In this document: positions 38,449 through 51,066 of the stretch, piece by piece | Layout: every line of letters begins with the position of its first letter | How positions within the stretch are numbered: the stretch's first letter is position 1 | From: Octopus vulgaris | Lineage: Eukaryota | DNA: 64,000 bases | Direction: 5' to 3' | NCBI GenBank assembly: GCA_951406725.2 | Contig: OX597818.1 | Coordinates: 29,822,001-29,886,000, forward strand | Notes under the pieces: model-generated | Told to the model about the DNA's origin: nothing | Database searches by the model: none | Seen by the model: the letters and a program-made list of their open reading frames with translations, nothing else | Position numbers and translations under genes: made by a program

Positions 38449-38778
38449 TTGCTACATTTTTATTAGCTAATAAATGATAATTTCCAAAAAGTGTTCATTT
38501 GAACTTTTTTTTTCATTTACGTATTTTTAATTATTTGTACGAAACTTGAGCTATCATGTGAGCCTCTGCATATTTAATCGATTTACGAGAAATAGCCAAC
38601 AATTTTCATTTATCTTGTATACTTCCGAGTCAAGAAAATGACACATTGTATGATGTAGTCTCACATACCCCTTAAAATACGGAATAATCATGGGTAATTG
38701 GATAGAGCTGAGCTTTGGTTATGCAACAATAAAAAAGTACGAAACTACAAATATTGGTTGTCAGTCCATTATTGTACG

Positions 38779-38791
38779 GTTTCCTAGCAAT
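38779..38791. promoter_or_regulatory. RFX X-box-like motif upstream of CEP44
   Basis: GTTTCCTAGCAAT is one mismatch from the 13-bp X-box GTTTCCTAGCAAC and lies about 150 bp before the ATG. Confidence 0.45.
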
Positions 38792-38942
38792 TACAACACA
38801 GTTCGCTCAATGGTTTTCGTAAATACCGTTGTGAACCTACCAGTTTAACTTAGTGTTCTAAAATTGCGCGTGTATTCACGTTACAATCCTTTTTATCACA
38901 ATCTCTTTTTTAAATTGATATATTTTAACAGTAAAAGCACAG

Positions 38943-40289
38943 ATGTCGGCTGGAGATCTTGTAAACAGTCTAGGTAAGCTTGAAAGTAAGCTGAAACAAG
39001 TAAAATTTCCTAATTATCGTAGATCAGACTTCCTTTCAGGAACTTTGGATGTCTACCTTGCTGTATACGGTTATGTGTTTTCATCGTTTAATTGCGAATT
39101 TAGTAAAGCTATTGCTGAAAGAGGCTTGGAACTTTATGGTAAAACTAACAAACACTTCGTCGACAATCTCTATCGCATAGTGCGAGATGTTTTGTGTTAT
39201 AAACCTCCCATTACAAAAAATATGTTCTTGATTGATAGAGCCTTTATTGAGATGAAAATGATCATGTGTACACATATTTTGGATTTAGTTCTACAAAAAT
39301 GTAAAGAGTTCCCGACTGTGACACGTAGAAGTGGTCGCTGCAAAACTCGAATTCTAGCCAACAAATCTAATACGAACGAAGGACCTGGCCTGAGAAATAG
39401 TATAAACACCGCTAATGAAGAACCTGCTAAATCTGTTAAAGTGTTAAATCCTACATCTACTGTATATCATCTTGGTAACAATACACACTTTTATAATCAA
39501 CAAAATGCCACCAGATCTCACTTACATAAACCTGAACACAATCGAGAAGACACACAAACTGAAAAAACGGATAAGGCCGACTATTCCATTAAACCGCATC
39601 TTGGGAAAAAATTGTTCCATGCTTGTTCTTCTTTAGGGATTCCAAAGAACTATCAAATTACTCAATTTGTATTGCCTCCGAATTCAAAAGGTTGTGTAAT
39701 TCTTGAAAAACAGAAATCAAACATTAAGAAACTCCCAGTAAGTGTTGAAATAGGACCCTTTCCAAAGAAAGAAAAAACCCAAGAACTTTTAATAATCCAG
39801 AATGAAAACTTAAATCATCCATCAAACTGTGTTGAGGAACAGGATGATCACATTTCAAACACTATTCCTAAAGTAGTAAGATGTCCACTAACTAGAACCT
39901 CCCAAAATGCTGAAAAGATTTCAAATTCTTCAAAAGAAATTAATCATGACCCCATGATGGAAAACATTTCAGAAACTGTAGTCAAATCTGCAAAGATTCT
40001 TCTGGATTTACAACAGAAAAATCCAGAAGGAAAGATATTAAATTCTTCTAAAATGTTTGTAGGCAAAGAAAATTCTCCAGTATTATCATCATTAGACACG
40101 AAAATCACTCCTGTTGAGCCTCAACAGTGTCCAAAAGAAAATTTCACAAAGAACCAAACTTGTTTTCATCCCTCTTCTGTTGAACTGGGTGTTACCTGTA
40201 AAAAAGAATTGGATTATTGCCTTGCCAAAATGAATTTGATGGAATGTGCTATTAAATCTTTAGAATCTAAATTAGAAAATCTGTCATAA
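38943..40289 (+). CDS. CEP44: Centrosomal protein of 44 kDa homolog, single-exon CDS (448 aa)
   Basis: The N-terminal ~125 aa match the CEP44 domain (M.xGDL..SL..LE..L..V.FP; Y.F.S.; ELYGKT...FVD.LY.I.RD...YKP.ITK..F....F.E.K....IL..V..K.KE). A low-complexity middle and a C-terminal coiled coil follow. AATAAA at about 40600. Confidence 0.88.
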   Translation: MSAGDLVNSLGKLESKLKQVKFPNYRRSDFLSGTLDVYLAVYGYVFSSFNCEFSKAIAERGLELYGKTNKHFVDNLYRIVRDVLCYKPPITKNMFLIDRAFIEMKMIMCTHILDLVLQKCKEFPTVTRRSGRCKTRILANKSNTNEGPGLRNSINTANEEPAKSVKVLNPTSTVYHLGNNTHFYNQQNATRSHLHKPEHNREDTQTEKTDKADYSIKPHLGKKLFHACSSLGIPKNYQITQFVLPPNSKGCVILEKQKSNIKKLPVSVEIGPFPKKEKTQELLIIQNENLNHPSNCVEEQDDHISNTIPKVVRCPLTRTSQNAEKISNSSKEINHDPMMENISETVVKSAKILLDLQQKNPEGKILNSSKMFVGKENSPVLSSLDTKITPVEPQQCPKENFTKNQTCFHPSSVELGVTCKKELDYCLAKMNLMECAIKSLESKLENLS

Positions 40290-40749
40290 ACTCCAATTTG
40301 ATATATTTTAAATTAACAACTATATTGTATTGAAAATATGAGCATTAATACTATAAATTGTAATTATAAATATGTAAATCATTTGGGTATATATAAAGGT
40401 ATGTGTGTGTGTGTGCAGCAGGTTTTGATATGTATGTTTTTATATGCTATTCAATATTAATGCATTTATAATATTCAGTTTTATCAAATTATTATTAGTT
40501 CCTTTTTCAAATTTCATGTATATTAAATTACAATCTTATTACATTCATTTAAAAAAAAAAAAAAATTACTACATAAAGGATACTTGGCATTGTCCAGGAA
40601 ATAAAATACAGCTGGTGGCCAATTTCTTGAATGAAAATAATGGTAATTTTGCCTAGATTTATTACTTCAAATACAATGCTTATTTTATTTGTAAGGTATA
40701 TATGTGTGTTGTGCAGCAGGTTTTTCATGTCTTTGCATATCCTCAGTAG

Positions 40750-41140
40750 CTCATGTCTCACTACATGGCAACGAGACATGGGCTGTGACTACTGAGGATA
40801 TGTGAAAACTTGAAAGAAATGAAACCAGCATGCTAGGTTGGATGGGTAATGTCAGTATGCATATATGACTGAGTGTAAGTGATTTGAGAGAAAAACTGGG
40901 TATATGTAGCATCATATGTAGTGTGCAAGAGAGAAGACTGTGCTGGTATGGCCATGTAATGTGTATGAGTGAGGACAGTTGCATCAAGAGGTGCCCATCT
41001 CTAATTGTAGAGGGAATGTGGAAGGGGTAGATCCAGGAAGACTTGCAACAAAGTGGTGAGAAAGGATCTACAAATGTTGGGACTCACAGAGAGGATGATG
41101 GGACAGATTCCTGGCAGTTTGCTACACTTGAAAAGACTCG
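40750..41140 (+). mobile_element. RTE-clade LINE 3' fragment
   Basis: LHGNETWAVT.EDM.KLERNE.SML.WM...LREKLG...VQERRLCWYGHV. Confidence 0.8.
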
Positions 41141-41699
41141 TCAAGATAGATAAAAGTACGGTTGCCCTTGCATATAGGTTTGTCCCTTGCATCCCTAATC
41201 TTTTGAGCTTGTAAGTGCTGGTGCCATGTAAAAAGCCATTTTATTATATTCATTGCATTCACTGTATTTATTAATAGTGAGATATTTGTGGTTTTGGAGT
41301 GTTAGCTCCTCTTTCTAGCAATTGGTATTCTGATACCCTACTTTATTTGTTTTTTTTACCTACATAGGTTAAACTTGCTGTCCGCTCTATTATTATTATC
41401 AATGGTAATAATACTTTATTTAATTTTATATATATATACTAGCAGAGATGCCTGGCTTTGCTCAGGGTTAAAATGGCATAGTCTTTTATTTTACTTGTTT
41501 CAGTCATGTCACTGAAACCTTGCTGGAGCACTGCTTTTAGTCGAAGAAGTCGACCCCGGGATTTATTCTTTGTAAGCCTAGCATTTATTCTATTGGTGTC
41601 TTTTGCCAAACAGCTAAGTTACGGGGACATAAACACAGCAACATCGGTTGTCAAGCGATGGTGGGGATACAAACACTGAGACATGTACACACACATATA

Positions 41700-42218
41700 T
41701 GTTAGTTAGTTAATTTTTTGGCTCAAAAAGCAAGGCCATGTAGGGGGACATGGAGTTATGTACAGGGTGGTGTTCATGTAAAGAGTTCAGGCCACTTGTG
41801 GTCAAGGGAGACTTTGAACCGAGCGGTCGTCGGCATCTTCACTATCTCGTCTGGCAGCTTATTCCACGGATCCACAACCCGGACAGAGAAAGCCCCTCTC
41901 CTTCGATTGAGATGAAATCGTCGCAGATAGAGCTTTTCGGAGTGACCCTGCAGCCGACGCTCTGGAGCAGGAGTGAAGAACAGCTCCTTCGAGAGGTTAC
42001 ACTTTCCGCTTATGATGTTGTGAGCAAGAGATCACCACGGTGTCGTCGTTTTTCTAGAGAATAAAGGTCGAGCGTCTTCAGCCTTTCTTCATAAGACAAA
42101 TGCTTGAGACCAAGAACCATGCGGGTAGCCAGCTTCTGGACTCTTTCAAGATGCTGTATGTCTTTGAGGAGATAAGGAAAAGAGGCTTGAATCCCGTACT
42201 CCAATATGGGTCTCACCA
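41700..42218 (-). mobile_element. CR1-like LINE 3' end with (AACT)n tail
   Basis: LVRPILEYG...[40 protein letters not shown], with the tail read as GTTAGTTAGTT on +. Confidence 0.85.
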
Positions 42219-42241
42219 GTATATATACATATACATACAAA

Positions 42242-42292
<51 letters not shown>

Positions 42293-42387
42293 AAAGATGT
42301 AAAAGCCCAAACAATGCAAATAGATTTTAAGATGAAGTAATGTAAACTGAAAGTAAGTTACCTGGTAATCTTTGGTCGTATATGTAT

Positions 42388-42423
42388 CCAATATTTCAGG
42401 ACATACAAGTCCCTTCTTCAGGG
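42388..42423 (-). ncRNA. Minimal hammerhead ribozyme-like motif (Penelope type)
   Basis: Minus strand CC-CTGAAGA-A-GGGAC(TTGTAT)GTCCT-GAAA-TATT-GG. Core CUGANGA and GAAA with an intact stem II. Confidence 0.55.
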
Positions 42424-42819
42424 TTAAAAAGGAACTGTCCTTGGTAAGATGTTTCTTGTCAGAGATAATATAATTCTATGATTATATTTGAATTTTCAAG
42501 CGTTTCTCTTCGTCGTGAATGTTAGTGATGTCAATTATTAACTCATCGCTCCACAAATCAATTTTCATCACCTCTTTTCTAATATGTAGCAAATGTGCCT
42601 GTGTGTGTATGTCATGTTATGTATTGTGTGCCTAGCTCCAATCTATTATTTATTTGTGGGTTTAATTTATAGATAATCAAAGCTTCCTTAATTCTTAAGT
42701 TGCCAAGATTTCTATCATTAGCTTTAATAGTAACTTTAATTTGAACAGAAAGACCAATATGTTTATTGACAACTGTAGACACATGTGGTGCGGTGGAATC
42801 ACAGTAAGATTAGAGAAAC

Positions 42820-43420
42820 TCTTTGTGCATGGCAGATATGCAGGAGCAATATATAATAAGATGCACAGAATTCCTGAAGGTAGCAAATAGTTTTTGTTAC
42901 CTAGGTCACCAAAGTAGTAGTGGAGGAAGATGCCCTGAAAGTATAGTAACTAGAATAAAAACCAATTGGAGAAAGTTCAGAGAGCTATTACCCCTGTTGG
43001 TAACAAAAGGTCTCTCTCTCTCAGTGTGAAAGGCATATTGTATGATGCTTGTGTACAAACAGCAAGGCTACCTAGTAGTAAATGCAGAGGACATGCAAAG
43101 GCAAGAAAGAAAGGAAGCTAACATACTCCACTGGATGAGTAACATCAGTTTCATGTGTGACAACATGCAAATGTGTTGCAGGAAAAATTTGGGTGTAAGA
43201 GGAATTAGATGTAATGTGCAAGAGAGAAGACTGCACTGGTATGGTCATGGATAAGATAGCTGTATAAAAAAGTGCTGTTTACTAAATGTAGATAGAACTT
43301 AAGGAAGAAGTAGACCCAGGAAGATGTGGGATGAAATAGTGAAGAATGACCTCCAGATGTTGAGCCACATGGAGGAGATGACAAAAGATTGAGATGGTGA
43401 GTTACTGTGCATGAGAAGCT
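42820..43420 (+). mobile_element. RTE-clade LINE fragment
   Basis: FCYLG..SS.G.C..SI.TRI...W.KFRELLPLL.TKGLSL...VQERRLHWYGH. Confidence 0.8.
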
Positions 43421-45489
43421 CCATCCATCTCAGCAAAGATGAGGCCTCAAAAACTGTTTATGTTCATGGCCCTACACCCAAGCTGTCCTTGCTGAGTCTC
43501 TCCTATGATTTATCTTCCTAATGCCGACCCCACCATTGCTCTTCTGACTATGGCACTATTCACTCAATTGCTGTAATTATATGAGAACAGAACAGTACAT
43601 CTTTCATTCCCTCTCTTATGCTACCAGTTATCACTCCCTGGAACCATTTTCTTTTGTCATTCAAATTCTCAATATCATCTCTTACCATCTTATTTTCACC
43701 CAAATGCTCCTTTCACCTGACTTTTCTCCTGTACAGCCCCTGCTACCTCTGTGTCATTATTTCCTCCCTCACCCCTTGCACAGTACATCTCTCTTGCACT
43801 CCCCTACTTCACATCATGTGTGTTGCCATCTGTTAACTCCCTGACCTCCTGTCTCCACCAAATTTCTCCTCAGACTGATATTCGACATTGACCATGCCCC
43901 CACCTGTGTTCATCATCCACCTCTTCTCTTTCCCTATCTTTATTTGTCACCCACCTTTCACATTCTTGTGAACTTATCTCTCCACTTACCTTGTTCAATC
44001 CTCTTCCACTTATCTTATATTCAGCTGCCTTTAACCGTTTTGTTACCATATTTGTGTTAAAATGCATTGCTTTTTGTTTCAGTAAGTTTCTAAAATAATG
44101 AAGAATTTAATAAACTAAGTTTGTAATTATTAAGCTGGAATTCAGAACATTAATTAACATGCAATTTTAATGGAAGGTTTTAATTCAGATACATAAAAAA
44201 AGAAATCTGTATCATAGAACTGGGGCTGTTGCAGGCAGGGTGGTATCAAAAGGGTTAACTTGAAAGAATGCTCTGATACCTCATCACACCATCACTTTTT
44301 TTCCAGCTGGAGTAGCTACGCATCTCCTCTACAAGACACCTATACCCGTTCCTTTATCATTCTTTAACTTCTCATACTTGGCATAAAGCCATCTCCTTCA
44401 ATACACCCCCACTCAGTTGAGAATCTTGTCTTGCAAGCTACTTGGTGTCCTCACTAGTTTCCACACACAAAAAAGCACCTAATGCATTATAAAGTGATTG
44501 ACATTAGAAAGGGCATTCAGCAGCAGGAACCATACCAAAATAGACACTGGAGCTTGGTACAGACCTCTATTGGTCCTTGTTGAACTATCCAACCCATGCC
44601 AGCATGGTAAATGGATGTTAAACAATTATGATAGTGATATATATATAATGGGTTTCTTTCAGTTTCTATCTATGGAATCTAGTCACAAGGCTTTTCTTGG
44701 TCTAGTAGAAGACACTTGCCCAAGGTGCCACATAGCAGGACTGGATCTAAAACCATGTAGTTTGGAAATAAACTTCTTAGCCACACAGCTATGCCTGCAA
44801 CTCAACTAATTATTACTTACATGGTTGTCTTTATTTAGTATTGACCTCAAATTAACAAATAATTATTCACTTTACAGTTATTATCACTATCAAACAACCA
44901 CTAATCATTATTTTGTATTGCCTTGTTTTCAAGCTAGTAATTTTGCTTCTTTTAATGTGGTTACTTTTGTTGATTATTTTAATAGTCTTACTTGATGTTT
45001 AACCTAGGTTAGTCCTGATTGAGCAAATCTATGATCAAAGGCATTCCACCTGCGACCATACCATCATGGTTCTATGTACACAGAATGCAGACCACATTAT
45101 TTAAAGTGTTTTCTATAAAGGAAATTTGACAACTATTTCTTGAAGGTTGAATAGCCAAAAAACCAAAGCTGTTCCTTGTCTACAGCTATGGTGAAAACAT
45201 TTTCTGCCAAAGAAACTGCAAATTTCATTGGATGTTACATTTAATACGAAAAAATACTAGAGAAATTTAATAAAAGACAAAATAGACTAAAAGAACACAT
45301 CTCTTTCTTAAAATTATCTTTTATTTGATGTACAATTTCAAATATTAGAATGAGACAAGGAAACAAATTTAAAAATAGAAAAAATAAAATTTTTGTCAAG
45401 AGAATTTCAGAGAGACATGGGTTAAAAATTGTCATTATAAAAAGGAGCATTTTATCAGCCTAGTTTATTTGAGCAGTTATTGATTGTCA

Positions 45490-45791
45490 TCAGCTGCTTA
45501 CTTTGGTTGAAGAACTTTGATTGCTTAGAGTGGCATTCCAAATCTTCACTTCCTCTCCTATTGGCCCTTCACGCCTTTTGTCTTGTGGTCGGTCAGTATG
45601 TGGGATTCCAAACATAGCTTCACCTAAGTTCTCACTCAGTTCAGCAAGAACAGAAGGTTCATTGTAATGGGTCACAGCTTGAGCCATTGCTCTGGCACGT
45701 TTCTCGGGTAAACTACTTTTAAAGATACCAGAGCCAACAAACACACCATCAACTCCAAGTTGCATCAACAATGAAACATCAGCTGGAGTAG
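45490..45791 (-). CDS. pdxS: PLP synthase synthase-subunit (PdxS/SNZ/PDX1), last exon
   Basis: TTTCAG acceptor, then (A)[59 protein letters not shown]...* in phase 1. Confidence 0.95.
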
Positions 45792-46024
45792 CTGAAATAA
45801 ACAAAATATATTTTTCACTGGATTAGTAAATATCACTAACAGTTGATATTACATGGAAGATAACATAAAAAGTTACAAAAAAATAAATATTAGCTGGAGT
45901 GATCTTATTCTTGGGTCTGATTAATTTTACTTCAACAGACCTCAAGTATAGATGTAGCCAAGTAAATACTTGACACCACCATAATTCAAGCACTTTAGAT
46001 ATGCAAGATATACAATTCTAATGT

Positions 46025-46375
46025 GAAGGTGCATGGCTCAGTGGTTAGCTCACTGGGCTCACAATCATGAGGTAGCAAACCTGATTCTCAGACTGGGCTG
46101 GGTGTTGTGTTCTTGAGCAAGACACTTTATTTCACATTGCTCCAGTTCACTTAGCTGCAGAAATGAGTTGCAACATCACAGGTGCCAAGCTGTACTGGCC
46201 TTTGCTTTGCCTTGGATAACATCGGTGGCATGGAAAGGGGAGGCTGGTATGCATGGACAACTGCTAGTCTTCCAAAAAAACAACTTTGTCCGGACTTGTG
46301 CCTTGGAGGGGAACTTTCTCGGTGCGATCCCATGGTCTTCATGACCAAAGAGGGTCTTTACTTTTACCCTTACCT
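46025..46375 (+). mobile_element. tRNA-derived SINE (family C) in a pdxS intron
   Basis: Head GGTGCATGGCTCAGTGGTTAG, central GTTGTGTTCTTGAGCAAGACACTTTA and a (CTTTAC)-like tail. Confidence 0.65.
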
Positions 46376-46646
46376 TACAATCCTAATACAAATGTCCAAG
46401 CACTTATCATAATACTTTATATTGTAGGCATGCTATAACTTGGTAAATGGAAAATATGTGAAAAAGAGTAAGATGTTTTGTTTAGTGAGAATTGGCTGCT
46501 GCATTTAACAAAAAAGGTGACTATATACAATACAGACATGTTCAATGTGAGTGTCCATGCCAAATATCTGAGAGGTAGATCCTATAATTAGAGCTTATCA
46601 CAACAATGAATAACAGTATAGAATTGTATGAAAACACTAGACTTAC

Positions 46647-46829
46647 CAATGCCACCAGCAGCAAAATTTACCACTGGAAGTCGACCCATTTCAGCAGTTC
46701 TCCGCAACAGTTCTATTGGAACTTGTAGCTTTTTAGCATATTCATAAAGTTCTGTTGAGTCCATAGCTTGAGCAGTTCTAATTTCACGATTGATAGTACG
46801 AGCATGTCTTACAGCTTCAGAGACATCAC
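46647..46829 (-). CDS. pdxS: PdxS/SNZ exon (183 nt)
   Basis: TGCAG|(G)DVSEAVRHARTINREI...GRLPVVNFAAGGI|GTAAGT, phase 1-1. Confidence 0.95.
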
Positions 46830-48194
46830 CTGCAAAGCACAAAGAAAAAGGAAAAGTTTGGAAATAATATCTTAATAATATATACAGCATATTTTGGGTA
46901 GTGAGTTGACTGATGAATTTTGTAATATTGAAATGAGAGACAAAATATTGACACTAGCAAAATCTGAGTAAAGTGTTCTGAGTTCAAATCCTGCTGGAGT
47001 TAAATAGTATTTGTCCATTTGACTTCTAAATAAATCAGCACTTATAACTTATCTAAAACTTCTTTTCTGCCAACAGAAATATATTGATTTCTTCATCTTC
47101 CTGTTTATTTTAAAGAGCTTAATTGAAATCAACTTTTATATCTTAGTCAAGGAAGAAAAAGTATTGCTTATGACCTTATGCAGAGCCTCTGAGAATAGTA
47201 AAGAAAGGGTGGATGCCTGGTCCAAATGCTTGAAAGAGAGATAGCTTTGCTAAATGACACCTAAGGGCTAGGTTGTAGTGTTAAATAGGACAAAAGATTA
47301 GGGCTACCACCCAACTAAAACTATACCCTTGTGGAATAATTTTTAGCTGTGATTTCAATAGTATACAACAAATTAAAACTAATTCTTCTCCTACATAACA
47401 TGCTAAAAGTATTGTAAGTCAGCTTCTCAAATTAACTGAGAAAAAAGCTTAACTAAAAAAAAAAAAAAGAGTTCAGTACTTTGCAATATTTCTATCTTTT
47501 AATACTATATACTAAAAGAAATTGCATTTTATGTATATGAAATATATATAATTATTAAAATAGGATATATATTTGCAAATTGCAAGCCAGTTGATATTGT
47601 ATTGGTTAACTATAAAAAATATATTTAGTAATTATTTAAATTAGTTACATAGGAACAAATATATTCTGTAATTAGAATAAATATATTTTTTAAATGAAAA
47701 ATCAATCAAATACTTTAAGTTAGTCAAAGACAACCTACAGCAGGTGTGACTTTCTGAATGACATACCTGATGAAATTTTTGAAATTTTTATAGTAGTGTA
47801 GCTCACTTCTTGAAAAAAAAGTTGCCTGTGCCTAGTTTAAAAAGGAGTTCTGTAATTTAATTAGATGTAAAAAACATTAAAATATAAGTGTATCATCATC
47901 ATCTTGTTTACCATTTTTGCAGTACAGCATTATATTCCAAATTTTGCTTAAATTAGAATTTTACACCTTAACACCCTTCCCATCATCAATCACAGAGTGG
48001 AGTGGGTGCAGAGTACCAATAAGGTGCTCTTACAAGAAATGGTCCTGTGTTTTGCACAAAACAATTACTATTCTGAAAAATGAATGTATTTCATATATAG
48101 GAAAAACAATATAGTAGAAGTTATATAAAGAAGAAAATAGAGCAGAATATCTGATGATCTGTAGTGCACCTGAACATTGTATACAATAAACTTG

Positions 48195-48636
48195 CTCTTA
48201 CCAGCTTTGCTTCCTAGTCACATGGTTGCAAGTTTAGTTCTACTGCATAACACCTTGGGCAAGTATCTTCTACAATAGCCAAGGGTTAACCAAAGCCTTG
48301 TGAGTAGATTTGGTAAATGGTAACCAGAAGAAGCCCATTGTATGTATGTGTATTTAAATAAGTATGTGTGTGAGTATGTATGTATATGTACATATCTGAG
48401 TGTGTGTGTGTGTGTTCCCTTGACTAGACATCATGATGATTGTAAATCATCACACAAACAAGTGTGTTCATTTCCAGTCTGTGAAAAACATGTCTAACAA
48501 TGGGAAAATAATACCCTGCTTGGAAACAGAAGGTTGGTAACAGGAAAGACATTCAACAATAGAAAATCTGCCTCAACAAATTCCATCTGACCCATTCAAG
48601 CATGGAAAAGTGGACATTAAATGATGATGATGATGA
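48195..48636 (+). mobile_element. SINE with RTE-type 3' tail
   Basis: ACCTTGGGCAAGT.TCTTCTAC.ATAGCC core, ending in CATGGAAAAGTGGACATTAAA(TGA)n. Confidence 0.65.
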
Positions 48637-49054
48637 TATCCGTCACTTGTTAGCAACAACATTACCAATTGCACAACAAAGCACTTGCCAAATTTTTATT
48701 TTCAAATAAGACACAATGAATTAGTTTTGTGGTTATATTTCCACAAGATAGATAATCCACTAGCCATTATAGCCAGCAAGAGAAGCAAGTGATAGATAAG
48801 TAGTTTGGGTTTCATCAGTAGGCCTGTTGTTGCTTATAATGTCAAATACCAACTTTAGTTTGTATTCAGTAAAAAAGAATTAATATCTCAAAAACAAAGT
48901 CAAAAATGAAAATAATTAACTCACATTTCCTTCTACTTCTTGAAATAAAAATAGATTAACTATTATTTGTTCTAGTGTTTTTGAGAAAAATATGTCTTTT
49001 AATAAAAAGAATAAAAATAAAACAAAACAAATTGATATATTAAAACTACTGTAC

Positions 49055-49201
49055 CTGTTCCAGCTTCTCCTTTGGTTCTTATCATAGCAGCACCTTCAGA
49101 AATTCGACGCAAAGCTTCACCAAGGTCACGTGCTCCGCAAACAACAGGAACTTTGAGCTTGTGTTTGTCAATATGGTTGTCAACATCAGCAGCTGTGAGG
49201 A
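49055..49201 (-). CDS. pdxS: PdxS/SNZ exon (147 nt) with the second catalytic Lys
   Basis: TCTAG|(V)[48 protein letters not shown]|GTACAG, phase 1-1. Confidence 0.95.
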
Positions 49202-50640
49202 CTAGAACAGAAGGAAAGAGAATGAACAAAAATTACTTATCTCAATGTTAAACATTCTATTTTGTATTTCACTCCACATCACACAAGTCTGTTTCAAATA
49301 ATATCTTGAAGAATAGCACTGTTACACATGCTTAGAAATAACAAAAATAAATAGATATATGAAGTGGATTCAATCCACCATAGCCAAATTTAAATTAACA
49401 CTTCAACAGATCTTTTCTCACAGTGGATCAATGGGGTTTTTTTTGCGACAGAGTTTTACATTTTTCTGATTTCCTTAGCTAGGCCGAAATAATGTCTTCA
49501 CCACTTAACCTTTCTAACCTCTTCTATTTCACCAAAAGCTAGAATTAAGATAACAAGACCACCAACTAAATCTATTGTTCTCAATGATATGTCTATCCTT
49601 CTGGATAGTTATAAAAACAAGAACTCCCAAGCAAAAATCAGTTAGTGACTCGAGGACAACTGAGTTAGTCACTTAGTGACGACTCAACTAGTTTAGTCAC
49701 TTGGTGACGATTCAACCAGTTAGTCACTTTGGTGACAACTCCCGAGTTGAGAGAGAGCTAACATCAGTTAGTGAACTGACCACTAGAATCATGAAAGCAG
49801 ACAGACAAACAGCCAGAGGGAAAAAGAAAAACATCCCACACTCTTTCACTCTCACTAGCTCTAATTCTGTTCTCTTACAACATCATTCTATCTCTCTTGG
49901 TAATTACTACTAAACAATGACGAGAACACAAATACAAACTATGCAAGGAAAATCTATATCTATCTTTATTTCAATTGCTTTACGATTTTATCACTTGCTC
50001 ATTGAGGCAAGGAATTGTATAATATAACAGTAAAAATAAATGTTTTCTTTCACAATTCCAACCGTTACACAAAAGTAATCTTTCATTGCTTACAAACAGA
50101 TTACATCCATCCTGCTGTGTATCAACTATTGTTTTTCATATTATGATAAAAACTAATCTTCAAGCATTACATATGAATAAATAAATAAAATCTTCTGTAT
50201 AACTCTATCACAATTGATAAACTTTGTCAACCATCTTCTGGACCAAGTCAACATATTATTAGTTCAAAGCTAAACTTTCTATGAGATTCAGTTATAATGC
50301 ACACTAAAAAGTTGCTTCACTATCCAAAATTGGGTCAGAAAAAGGGTTGATATGTTAAGGGAAAACAGATAAATAAATACTACCATTATCTATGAGCGTG
50401 TGCTACACTAGAAAACATTTTCAACTGTCAGTGAAGTTGAGCTTAAGTTTTTACAGTTAGAAAGTAGTAAGCAAGTGACTGAAGTTCATCATCAACATTT
50501 TCATGTCTCATTGCCAACTATTTGTCTGACCACCTCATCATTTTTCCCATTAAGTTACTGCCTACTGGAACAAATCGGTCTTACCAGGGGAGTTAATCAA
50601 CTGGTTCAAACAGCAGAAATAGTGCAATATTTAATGAGGG

Positions 50641-50830
50641 TAAGGCAGTAAGCTGGCAGAAATGTTAGCACGCCAGGCGAAATGCTTAGCAGTATTTCGT
50701 CTGTCTTTACATTCTGAGTTCAAATTCCGCCGAGGGTCAATAAATTAAGTACCAGCTGCATACTGGAGTCAATCTAATCGACTGCATCCTACTCCTCAAA
50801 AATTTCAGGCCTTGTGCCTAGAGTAGAAAA
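50641..50830 (+). mobile_element. tRNA-derived SINE (family A), internally deleted
   Basis: AAGGCAGTAAGCTGGCAGAA...GAGTTCAAATTCCGCCGAGG...CAGGCCTTGTGCCTAGAGTAGAAA. Confidence 0.8.
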
Positions 50831-51002
50831 GAATATTTAATGAGAGTGCAGCTGAGTTTTCTCATGTGCACTAAGTTCTACATGTGGCAGGGATGAAGTA
50901 CAGCTGCTCTATTCTGCAGCATGCCAAAATTATTTCAGACCCATACAACAGTAATGATTATAAACTACTCTCCGTTTGACTGACAGATTAAATTCAGATT
51001 GG

Positions 51003-51066
51003 CAAAAGCAGTATGATACATTCCAAAAGCAGTATGACACATTCCAAAAGCAGTATGATACATTCC
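51003..51066. repeat. 21-bp tandem repeat x3
   Basis: CAAAAGCAGTATGATACATTC repeated three times with one substitution. Confidence 0.9.

Noticed and set aside
49444-50069. Possible solo LTR (TG...CA ends, internal GTTAGTCACTT repeats) in a pdxS intron
   Set aside because: No target-site duplication and no second copy in the window, so it cannot be supported beyond resemblance.
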